In this document: positions 24,860 to 35,880 of the stretch, one piece after another | Layout of the letters: every line of letters begins with the position of its first letter | Position numbering within the stretch: position 1 is the stretch's first letter | Source: Macrostomum hystrix | Lineage: Eukaryota > Animalia > Platyhelminthes | NCBI GenBank assembly: GCA_950097015.1 | Contig: CATNEN010000035.1 | Location: 806,001 to 870,000 of the forward strand | Direction of reading: 5' to 3' | DNA: 64,000 nt | Position numbers and translations under genes: made by a program | Notes under the pieces: model-generated | The model's input: only the letters and a program-made list of their open reading frames with translations | Databases searched by the model: none | What the model was told of the DNA's origin: nothing

Positions 24860-26039
24860 TTCTTACTAACTGGCTACAAATAACTCTTACTTAAAATCTA
24901 ATTGGCCACTACAGCATGGTCTTAGTATTTTTTCTATTAGATTTAAAATATTATTTTATAGCTAAATAGAAAAACTCTATTTAAAATTAGAAATTTTAAA
25001 ACTTTGAAAGAACATAATTAAGGCAGAAAAATTGTGATCCACACATAAAAATTGGTTGAATTGAAGGATGGAAAAATTTAACATCATCAATATGCCTACA
25101 CTCTGAATTGACTTCAAAATTAATAATTTTATAAGAATTGAAGTTTGGAACCCAGATTACATTAACTTTTGAACACAAAAAACCCACTTGTTATTAAGGC
25201 TTAAGATATGCTTTACTTTAATAAAAGAATAATCAAACTCCAAAGAATGATACTTGCATATTAAAATACTGCCAGGCTTATAATCAGAACCAAAAAAAGA
25301 AAGGCTACTTACAGAGAAAATGTTAGATGGCATATTAGGTAAAAACAACATTAGGCTTCTTTATCTTCAGAAGAAAGGAAGCTTAAATTGAATTCCATGT
25401 AATCCTTCCAAGAAAAAAAAATTGCCAGCATGAAAATTTGCATTATTAATACATTGATGTTCAGCATAAAATTTACTAAGAGAAAATCCAAATGCAATAG
25501 AGAATAATGCAAAAAGTGCATTATGGGAAAAAATATTTTCTTGAATAGTGCTCAAAAAAGATAAATCAGGGGAAGGTGAAAATGAATATTGAATAATTTC
25601 AACATGTAGTAACAATAAGCTCCAAATTTCATCCTCATTGGAAGCAAATGAGCTAAAAAACAAAGGCATATTAACAGCAAGATAATAAATATGTGCAGCT
25701 TTCTGTCGCAGGCCTCTGTCTATGTTCTTACTAAACTCCACTTCCAATAATGCCAATCCAACTGCTGTTACCAAAGTTGTTATAGGGCTAACTTAATTAT
25801 ATTGCTGTCACCAAAGTTGTTGTAGGGCTATTTAATAATCTCACTGTCTGTCACTAATAAAGTCCTAATAATGCACCAAAGTTGTTTTAGGCTTCTTTTA
25901 TTCAAGTAATATCTTATGTCAATCTTATTATTGTCTTTACTTTTATTCGCTTTACGCACTTTCTTATTTCAATTCAAATTGGTAGCGTTTTATGTATTCA
26001 AATAGGATAGCATTATACTTTCAATATGGTAGCGTTATA

Positions 26040-27820
26040 CGAGGGCTGTCCCAAAAGTAGTGTTACTTTTGATTATATCTTTTGTTCTGATGGTTCAAAT
26101 AACGTGATTTTACACAGTCTTATAGCGGCAAGTCTCTTCTTTATATTAATTCAAATCTTTTTTTCTAACAGACTAGGGAAATAGAAGTTATCAACGAAAA
26201 ACTAACAGGACCTCAAACATAGACTTACAGTAAATCAACAAGCAAGCAAAAATGACCAACAGTTGAGTGGTTGCGAATATGAAGTTTTCTCGTAGCAATT
26301 GAAACGCTCCTCTGCACTCGTCGGTGGGAATGCTTGACTTCTCAACGTAGTCACCGCCGAGCTGAAGGCATTTTTGCCACCGACTGAACAAACCGTCAAT
26401 AGCGTTGGCATAACTCTCGCGTGGAATTTTGTGGAGCAGGACATTCCGCACTGCCTGTTCGAGGTTGTCACGGTTCTCATGAACTTTACCTCGCAGATGC
26501 GACTTCATTAGTGGAAATAAGGCGAAATCTGCTGGCGCCAGATCAGGCGAATACGGTGGATGAGGCAAAATATTAAACTTGAGTCTGCTGACAGCCTCGG
26601 AGGTCTTCTGTGCAGTATGGGGTCTGGCGTTGTCGTGGTGGAGAAGAAAGGGCTTGATTCCAACCCGACGCTTGTTCCAGATTTCGAACTTCAATTTTTC
26701 AAGGGAAGCAATATAGCACTCGGCATTGATGCTCTTCCCTGGCTCAAGAAATTCGATTGTAAGTGGTCCATTTCTGTCTAAGAACAAAGTCAGAAGCACC
26801 TTTTTGCAGTGAGGCTCTCAACGTGCCTTAACAGGGGGGTCTGAACCCCTGATTGTCCAAACCTTGGACTCCTGTTTGGTGGGGGGATCGAAGTGAGGCA
26901 CCCACGTCTCGTCACCAGTAACAACGATTTGCCGAAACGTTTCCCATCCACCATGTTGCCTGACGAGCTCCAGATTCTCCTGGCACACTCGCTGCCGCTG
27001 CTCTTTCAGGTCTGGTGTCAGAAGGCGTGGAATCCAGCGAGCACTCCGCTTCACATAATCCATGCTGGTGAGACTTCGATGAACCGTTGATCGCGGAGTA
27101 TTTAGCCTGTCAGCAATCTCTCTGATCGTCATTCGTGCGTCCTCATCAAGAAGATCCAGGATAGCGTCAGCCAGGACGTCAGAGTCTCGAACATGAGGGC
27201 GACCTGTCCTGAGCTGATCAGCAAGGTCCGTCCTTCCCGCTCGAAACTGTTCTATCCAACAATAGATGGTCATTTTACTGACCGCGCAAGACCCATGAGC
27301 TGATGAAAGTTGCCCATGAATCTCGGCTGCACTGTGCCCCGTCTTCCAAAGGGTGTAAATCACACTCCTCTGGGCAAAACTTGAATGCACATCCATGATC
27401 TTTAGCACAGCAAGAAATGAGAACAAAAATGCTCGTACTGAAGCCAAGTCCCAGTGAGAGATATGAAGATTTCATTCCATCTTTTCCAGAGACAACTTTC
27501 AAATTATAACTTCATTATGATTTTTTCAGAGACATATCTTTGTCGCAGATTGAGAAATTCAGAAATTTTGGTTGAAAGAGTGACCTCAGTCGAAAGCACT
27601 TTCGTAGCATTCCGATAGCTTGTTGATTTACTGTAAGTCTATGTTTGAGGTCCTGTTAGTTTTTCGTTGATAACTTCTATTTCCCTAGTCTGTTAGAAAA
27701 AAGATTTGAATTAATATAAAGAAGAGACTTGCCGCTATAAGACTGTGTCAAATCACGTTATTTGAACCATCAGAACAAAAGATATAATCAAAAGTAACAC
27801 TACTTTTGGGACAGCCCTCG
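26040..27820 (-). mobile_element. Mariner (DD34D) element with ~203-bp TIRs; transposase has one nonsense codon
   Basis: TA TSD at 26038-39 and 27821-22; TIRs at 26040-26243 and 27618-27820. Motifs WIPRLL, VTGDETW, HDNARPH and YSPDLAPAD give 34 residues between the last two Ds. ATG at 27396; in-frame TGA at 26818-26820. Confidence 0.96.
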
Positions 27821-28944
27821 TACTTTCAGTATGGCCGGTATCTTTCCTCTATATTCCCTTCTGCTTATAACTTTACTGTATTATTTCTATCAGTACTTTG
27901 TATCAATCTTTATCCATCTTTATCAGTCTTTATCCGTCTTTATCAGTCTTTATCCGTCTTTATCAGTCTTTATCCGTCTTTATCAGTCTTTATCCATCTT
28001 CAATTATCATTCAGTTAACCTTCAATTTAGTCTTCAGTCCGTCTTCTGGGCTTTACCAGTGGATCTAGAGTTACAGCTTTCCTTCACTCTATTTACTTCT
28101 CTTTCACAATGTCTCTTTCGCAATGTCTCTTTCGCAAATAACTTCAATATGAACACTCTAAGATTCAAGCTTTTCTTAGTTTGAACTCTTTCCAATCGAG
28201 GTGGTACGAGTTGGTTTTTCGCTTTAGTCTGCTCGTGTATTTATAGTAAAACTTCTCCCCTTCCTTACTTTTGCGACTTCAGTAAAACATTTTATTTTCG
28301 GTGCATTTAAACAAAATTTACGTAACATTAAAACAAAAATATTCAATTTCGCGGAAACAATTTCTAGGAAAAATAAAACAATCGGAAACCCTATCTCATT
28401 TCATTGAAAGAGAATAGTTATTTAGATGCCTTCTGTCAATTTCTGCAAATTTAAATGGCAAAAAAACATGAAGAACAGAGTTTATTACCTCTAGTGATAG
28501 ATTTTATAGAAACTTTTATATAATAATTTTATAGAAATTAAAAATAACAAACAAATTACAGTTTGGGAAATCCCACACAAGAAGTCATGCATGATATCTG
28601 GTGGAAAGGTTGGATAACTAAGGTAGCAAATTTTAGTTATAACTGGGTTAAAGTTAGTTAAAAAAATCCTCATGGCTCCATAGAGGATATATTATTTTTT
28701 CAGTGATAGAATGAACAATATCACTTGCTTTAATTTGACAAAATCTATAAATATGTCCATATGAAAATGATTTTGGTAGAACTAACAATGGATTTATGGC
28801 TAAATTATCACCAGAAAAAAAACACAATATACCATTTATTTTAGTTTGAGAAGAATTATAAGTCGCATAAAAACCATAAAAAAAGAGATGTTAGTTCCTC
28901 CGCAATAATATCATACAACTCAGAGCAATAGGACTTTGTTTTTA

Positions 28945-29546
28945 GGCAGTGCTTATCCCCAGGGTACCGTAGAATTAATTTTTGTCTTTATTCCTATGGT
29001 ACCGTGGGAATAATTTCCTGCTTATCCGCATGGCACACTGACGAGATAGGTGTCCTATCTTCAACATATTCCATGGGAATAATTTCCTGCTTATCCGCAC
29101 GGCACACTGACGAGATAGCTGTCCTATCATCTATCTTTTTATCATGACTGCAATTTTCCTTTTTTCTTCCGGTTTTTAAAAGCAAGTAAACAAATTAAAG
29201 TTTTCTGCTTTTTTCGCAAGTAGTTACCCAATACGGTGGCTTTTTTAAGTATATAAAATATATATTTCTACTCGTATTATTTATATATTTAAAAGAATAC
29301 AACTGAAGTGTGTATTTTTCTAATCTTATAGCTCAAGCCTTATAAGTCTATAATCCAGTCTATTACTTTATTCTAGGCCAAGTTAAAATAGGTCCATAAA
29401 AATGTCTGACAGTGCCCACGGAATATGTTGAAGATAGGACAGCTATCTCGTCAGTGTGCCGTGCGGATAAGCAGGAAATTATTCCCACGGTACAGTAGGA
29501 ATAAGACAAAAATTATTTCTACGGTACCGTGGGGATAAGCACTGCC
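28945..29546. mobile_element. MULE-like MITE with long TIRs
   Basis: GGCAGTGCTTATCCCC...GGGGATAAGCACTGCC with more than 130-bp inverted arms. Flanks TTGTTTTTA and TTGTCTTTTA suggest a 9-10-bp TSD with one indel. Confidence 0.7.
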
Positions 29547-29987
29547 TTGTCTTTTAGAGCGCAATAACATGACGTGTTTCTTTACTAAAATATTAAGATG
29601 GCAAATTTAAAATTTGGTAATATACATCAACAAGCTTATTAAATCCTTTGCTAGGTCCTAATGGATTACAAACTTCAAACTCATCTGTGTAGATAGAAAT
29701 GTATATAGGATGAGATATATTAACAGTTAGATCAAATATTTCCGACATAAAAAAATTAGAAATAAAGAATGGACTATTACACGAACTTTGATTGTTAAAA
29801 ATTAAGTAAAAAAAGATACATTACTAAGAATTTGCTTTAGTGAATCCAAAATTGGGATATAGAAACATGGCTTTGGAGTTAAACAAGAACTATTTAAAGA
29901 GTAGTCTAAACAAATAGGTGAAGCAATTGAATATTTTGTTGACAAAGCTGATTTCAGCTTAAATTTACTGAAAGATAATGGAAGTGT

Positions 29988-30870
29988 TGCAGGCCTCTGT
30001 CTATGTTCTTATTAAACTTTATTTCCAATAATGCGAATCCCTTCACTGTTACCAAAGTTGTTGTAGGGCTAATTTAATCTTACTGTTATCACCAAAGTTG
30101 TTCTAGTACTTCTTTATATTATATTTACTGTTCCAATGTTATTATCAAAATTGTTATAGGATTGTCACACTATATTTAATATCCGATTGCTGTTATCACA
30201 GTGGTTATTAACCTTTCTTATAATTTAATGCAATATAAAGCTTTTAACTCTTAATGGTAGCGTATTTTGAGTCTGAATTGGTAGCGTTTTATATATATAG
30301 TAACCGAGCTCTAATGTACGTTTTTCATGTACGAGAATACATTTCTCGTAATTGTATAGAATTATATATTTGCTTGTTAAGCAGGTTCTGGTTTGCAATG
30401 TTCAGTCCGCTTTTAAGGCGTTACCAATGATCTAAGGATTACAGCTCTTTCTTTATATCTCTCTTTATATCAAATGAATAACTCTTTTTATGAACACTTA
30501 ATCTGAAAGATACTTATTTGAACCTTCAAGTCTTTTGGATATTTTCCGCTCTTGACAAGGTTAGTTTTCTTTCCCTCACTTCTCGTGTATTTATAGTATT
30601 TTTCCTATCTCGTAATTATAACAAACATTTATGCGAAATTATTCGGGTGCAATAAAACAAACATTCGGGTGCAGTAAAACAATTGAGTGCGGTAAAACAA
30701 ACATTCGGTGCAGTAAAACATTTATCGGAATTGAATTTTGGTTTCTTAGAAAATATCGAATTTCAAATACAAGATACAGTATGCTTATTTTCGCTCTATT
30801 ACAGAAGCATATTAAGAAATACACTATCAAATGAAAAAATTTTTTTAATTGTACTAAATCAGTTTCTGAC
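29988..30870. repeat. Unclassified interspersed repeat, copy 2 (copy 1 is ~25708-26039 plus 27821-28390)
   Basis: Shared blocks GCAGGCCTCTGTCTATGTTCTT, TGTTACCAAAGTTGTT repeats, TGGTAGCGTT, TTCAGTCCG and CTCGTGTATTTATAG occur in the same order and orientation in both copies. Confidence 0.7.
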
Positions 30871-31468
30871 AATCCTTTAAAAATTAGAAAAAGTTTTGTA
30901 GCAGACAAATTTTCTTTTAAAATAGATTGAAAATGTGTTAAGAGCATCCATATTATATTATTAGCTATGTTAGATTGAACACATGCAGATTTTTTAAGAA
31001 AAAGTAACGAGCTTTGCATATTGTCAACAAAATTAGCTTAAATGACAATTGCATTTTGCTAAATATTAGAGGCAAATCAATTACAGACTTTGGACTATTG
31101 GAATTAGCTAAATCAAAATTATTGGTACTAGTAGTTTCACATGATAAGCTTATGCTAGGCATTATCAAACGATAGGCAGTCTCAGCGTGCCACGTCAATG
31201 CTAGATTTTACCATAGACAGCGTGCATCAACGGCCTAAAATGCGTGCGTCAATGACCGTTATCAGCACGCAAACTTAGAGTGCATTTATTTGAGCTCAAA
31301 ACGTAGTAAGAATTAACGGTACAACAAGGGGATTGTTGTTGGTGTTTACGAAATATTAACGGCGACAACATTTTCATAGCAGTTTGCACGGCATACTCCA
31401 GATGACCGTATGTGGCATTGTCAAGTAGAAATGTCACTTACTCGTGCTCTTATTAGAACTCAGGCAGC

Positions 31469-33053
31469 TCACTTAAGGTTGAATGTGCAGTTCTCAAAAT
31501 GTCCACCAAAGTGGAATGACAGCGCTGGAGCTCCAGAGTTGCCAGGGGTCGAACTTGTCACACAAACTTGCTGCACCACCTGACTGGAGGGAAGCTGAAG
31601 CGTGGACTGCTGCGCATGCGGCGTCGATGCGCCAGTGACCCCTGGAACTGTCAGATGACAGTTGACATGCCGGATGACACCGTCGGGGGTGGGCTCAGCT
31701 GATCTCTGCGGCGGCGGCCCTGGAATTGCTACCACGCCCGTCTGTTGACGCCCGTACAGCGATCCAGATAGAGCGTCTGACATCTTCCCCATGTCCGTTG
31801 CCTTCCGCTTCCCATGCGTGAGGTACCTAAAGTGCGATTGAAAGTAGTTACTCATGACGTTGACATGTTCACTTTGTTAGTGCAAAGCCCGTCATATATG
31901 GGTACTCACCGTTGCACAGTCTTTGCCTCCTTGTGGCCAGTAATTTTGCAAATTTGCTCCAGCCTGAATCCTGCCTGGTGAAGGTCCGCAATCACAGTTG
32001 GCCGAATATTGTGCGGCGTGTAGATCTTTGACAGGGCAGCTTTCGTTGAGATAGTCTTCATCATTCCGCCAACGGTATTCACCCCGACTGGCTGTTTTGT
32101 GTACCATGGGCCCCCAGCTGCAGAGGACTTCTTCGGTGTCAGAAGCAGCGGAGATCCTTCCGTCCAAGCGTCACCCAGAGCCTCCCGTCGCTTCTCGAGG
32201 TAAAGCCTGGACATTGCGTCGTCCCAGTGGCCTTGATCACCGCCTCTCTGTTGTCACTCATGGCTCCGGCATTGAGTTCCCGTCCCAGATTCTTCTGCAA
32301 CCCTGTGCGAAGCCGGACTAGAGTGCCACAGTCGGCATTGTCCTCGAACACCAGACTGTCCGAATCCAATCCACGGAACCATTCTCTCCCACGCTGGCCG
32401 AAAAAGTAGATGAGGACAAAGTATACCTCGTGCAACAGGGTCGTCGGCGACGCACGGTCAAAGTACCGCGCCAACCTGCCCTCATCTTCCTCACTGATGG
32501 CCTCGTAATGGTTGATCCGTCCACCAGCCTTTAGAAACATTCGCGCCACCGCCTTCAAAGCCAGATTGGCTGCGTGGAACTTGTCATTCTCGATTATGTT
32601 CAGAGACCTAACCCTCCGAAAGTAGCGGAAAAGTCCAGCTCTCGCACAAATCAGAGATGTCGGAGCGTACAGAGAACCGTCTTCCTTTCTTAGTGTGGCG
32701 TAAAACAGTCGCAGCTTGCAGGCCAGTTCATCCTCACTGCACAAATCGATGTCGAAAGGCAAAAATGCGTTTGTCGTCAGGAACTGTTTGAATCGTTCGA
32801 CTGCAGCGATCTCTTGTCTCTCGGTGGACACGACCTTCGTATCCTCGTATTGCTGCGCTGCAATTGCCTCCAAATCCGTGGTAGAGTCGTCTGGCAGTAA
32901 CGCACAGAGTTCGTCCAGGGTGGGACATTCAAAATCTTCATACATTTCCTTCTCCACCACGTCGTTCAGCTGGAAGAGCTCCCTCTGGAGTCGAATCTCG
33001 TCCATGGTCAAGCCAGATATGCACTCATTCGGCCAGTGCATTAGGTTGATCAT
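31469..33053 (-). pseudogene. Crypton-type tyrosine recombinase (DUF3504/KCTD1-ZMYM-like), join(33053..31910,31826..31469), frameshift near 32210
   Basis: Motifs LRLFYATLRKEDGSLY, FFGQRGRE, HNIR, ITGHK and QR|Y supply the R, HxxR, H and Y catalytic set. An 83-bp GT-AG intron (31909-31827) sits before the catalytic Tyr. FENCTFN tail. Confidence 0.85.
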
Positions 33054-33204
33054 GTAGAAATCTTATCTACTCAACTGCGTTGGGGCTTGCGCCTTAAGCC
33101 AGCCTGACCGCCCAAAAACATGGGCGTGCGCCAACGCACTTGTCTATGGTCGAAAGAGTAAGGACGGATCGATGCGGAAACGGCCTCTCATTGGATAATG
33201 CTGT

Positions 33205-33300
33205 TAACGCACGGCTTTCTCGTGCACCAACGAGCGAGACACTCGTGCGCTTCGCGCACTCGTGTCTCTGCTCGTTGGTGCACTCAAAAGCCGTGCGTTA
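33205..33300. repeat. ~95-bp imperfect palindrome upstream of the Crypton ORF
   Basis: TAACGCACGGCTTT...GTGCACCAACGAGC...GTGCGC TTC GCGCAC...GCTCGTTGGTGCAC...AAAGCCGTGCGTTA. Confidence 0.85.
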
Positions 33301-34003
33301 CCTAACCATTGCAGTTGCACTGGAAGTAGAAAAAGTTGTTTCCACTTCAACTTCAGAGTCTTCATATTTTTCTTCTTGGATTGGCCCATAGACACCTAGC
33401 CGAAAAATACATTAATGTTTTTCTCTATTTACTAAAAATAATAGCTTTAGACAGATATTTTACTATCAAAACCACAGATTCTATATTAGATAATATAGAA
33501 TCTGTGATCAAAACTCACAAAGGGTTAGTATTTACCATGGAAAACATTTTTATGCTTTTTGTAGGCATTCTTCAGAATGCCACTAACCGATTCAAATGCT
33601 TTAAAGCAATGCTCAATTGGACAATAAAACTTTCCTTTAAAATTGTGCTGATATGAATGGCTTAATAATTGGGTTGGTTGATTACAAGCGAAATGACAGA
33701 ATCTACACAAAAAACAATATTTAATTTGTTGTAAATTAAACGAAATAAAGACAAACGAAGTTTAGAGTACAAAGATAGTTTTTTTGATATTCGCTCTAAC
33801 TTTGTCTGATGCGGGAAATTATTTTTCAAATGTTGTTCCATGCTATTGTCTGACCATTTTAAGAATGACCTGTACATGTGAATTTTTATTATAGTAGTAA
33901 ATTTGATTCTGGCAAAAAAATTCTGGCACTAGATGGCACCAAATTTATTTTCAAGAAAATTGGCACTAATTTGGCACTATGTGGCAGCTGAAAGTTTTGT
34001 GTG

Positions 34004-35045
34004 TAGGAAGTTATGTCTTGCACCAGTGTCTAGCAAAAATGTTACTTTCTGATTTCGAATCTCGCCTTTCACAACTGCTTCACGACCTTTATTTTCTGCA
34101 CTAGATTCAGTTTGTACTTTCTCAGAGTTTACATTATCATTAACATTAGATTTCTGCTTATTACTTGCCAGTTTAATTGAGGCCTGAGTTTCGCTGGCTG
34201 TACTTTTAGAGGGGCGTGGCCTCGCATCTCGTCCCTCACAAATCAGTTTCCCTGATTCTGCGCCTGCGGCTGGTTCTGCCAAGGGGCTCTGCAGTGTTTC
34301 GCGATGTGTCCTGTCTTACGGCAATTGTAGCAAGTTAATGGAGGTCTAGCCTGCTGCTGCTGGGAATGCCACTGCTTCTGCTGATGTTGCTGTTGGTATT
34401 GCTGCCGTGACGGTCGCTGATAATGCTGCTGTGGGTGCTACTGAAATTGCTGCTGCTGATGCTGCTGACCATTAGGTCGGTACATTTTTGCGGCCTGAGC
34501 ATATGTCTGTTGTTGCTGTTTGTTGGCCATCAGTTCTTGTAGTGTCTTCTTTTGCAATTCGAGTTGAGCTTGCAGCTGTCTGATGACTTCCTCCAGTCGC
34601 TCTTGCTCACTTCTTCTTCGCTCGAGTTCTTCCTCGCCTTTGGCCATTCTCATGCCGATGTTCCGGTGAGTCATATTCCATGCAGCTTCCATCCGTCTTA
34701 ACATTCGTCTAGCCTCCTGTAGGCTAGTAGGCTGAGCAAAGATAAATTTCTCTCGCGTTTCAGCGGATATTCTTACTCCTTTAATAAACTGTTCCACAAT
34801 CTCTTCTTCTTTCTGTCCCATATTCATGTTTGGAAAAGCTCTAGCTGCTAGTTCAATTAGACAATCAGAGAAGGCTTCGACTGACTCATTCTTGCTCTGC
34901 ATTCGTCTTCTGATTTCTTCATGGAATTCGGCGGAGCTGCCGAACCTTCCGAACCGTTCAATTAATCTGTCTTTGAACTCTTCATATTCCAAATCATCTG
35001 GAAGGTTCAATCGTTGCACTGCGGCAAAGGCTGTGGTTAGGTCTA
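34004..35045 (-). mobile_element. Old gypsy gag, zinc knuckle and protease start (5' part of the element at 9520-11548)
   Basis: Gag domain (IRRRMQSKNESVEAFSDCL), CYNCRKTGHIAKHC at 34291-34332, and FLLDTGARHNF at ~34010-34040. Confidence 0.85.
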
Positions 35046-35235
35046 AGTTGGCCAGGATCCAAGCGAGTATTCTGCTCATCATCGGTAATAGGCATACTCC
35101 TCGATAGTTGTTGAGGTCTCTTCTGTCGCCTTTTTTGAAGAGCGGTAATATAAGTCCAATTTTTTCTTCTTCATCCCATTTGTGCGCTCGTTGTTTGAAC
35201 ATAAGTTGTATTTGTTCAGTGCATGCTTTCTTCAC
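35046..35235 (-). mobile_element. Short LINE RT fragment fused in frame to the gypsy gag
   Basis: LILPLFKKGDRRDLNNYRGVCLL, a paralog of the motif at 35881-36348. Confidence 0.8.
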
Positions 35236-35242
35236 CTCGGAT

Positions 35243-35258
35243 CAGTGGCGTAGCTAGG
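35243..35258 (+). mobile_element. Isolated DNA-transposon TIR (hAT-like)
   Basis: CAGTGGCGTAGCTAGG marks the break in LINE homology. No partner end was found. Confidence 0.35.
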
Positions 35259-35880
35259 ATTTTGAAATGGGAGGGGATACGATACCGGTACCGGAATGGG
35301 GGCAGAAGTAAATGAACCTTATTTTTGGTTGAATGTGAGGCAGAGCTGGCAGGTAATATGGGGTAAGGTCAAGGATGACGAATGTATCTTTTGAAGTCTT
35401 TAAGTTTGACCTGAAGTCAAGAAGAAGTGCTTTTATAGCATGTGGCAGTAGGCAGTAGCACAGGGGTTACACTTTGTTATAACATATAGCCCGCAAAGCC
35501 AATAAAAAAAGATGTACGATCCTTCTCGTATGTCGTTCTCGTACCATATACATACCGTGTTCTAGTCAGTCAGACCACGTTGGAATTAAGATGGCAAATT
35601 AAGGGCAGTTTAACAAAGCATGGATTAATTACATGAACAATGTATATCGTGTCAATGAAGATTCGATGCATACTAAGGTTACTAGTATAGAAATGTGCAT
35701 TTTAGCAAATTTAGCAAATTAGCAATTTAAAAATAATAATGATCAACTTACAAATATAAAGGAAAGTACATGTGCATGCACAGTTATATATAAATTATGA
35801 TTGACAAAAAACCACATTGCACTTTGTAGTTAGTGTAAAACTGTCAAAATAGCAAAATGAGCAAGCACGAAAAATTCGAT

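Larger units (their letters stand above)
22330..34003 (-). mobile_element. CACTA/EnSpm (CMC)-like DNA transposon, decayed and heavily interrupted
   Basis: Inverted ends CACACAAAACTTTYAGCTGCCAYATAGTGCC flanked by TA, with many subterminal GTGCCA repeats at both ends. Transposase motifs in order: C2H2 fingers (33525-33710), YTDEFEVCNPLG (~29655-29692), GDNLA (~28800), PPDIMHD (~28600), C-terminus (24996-25715). Confidence 0.82.
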
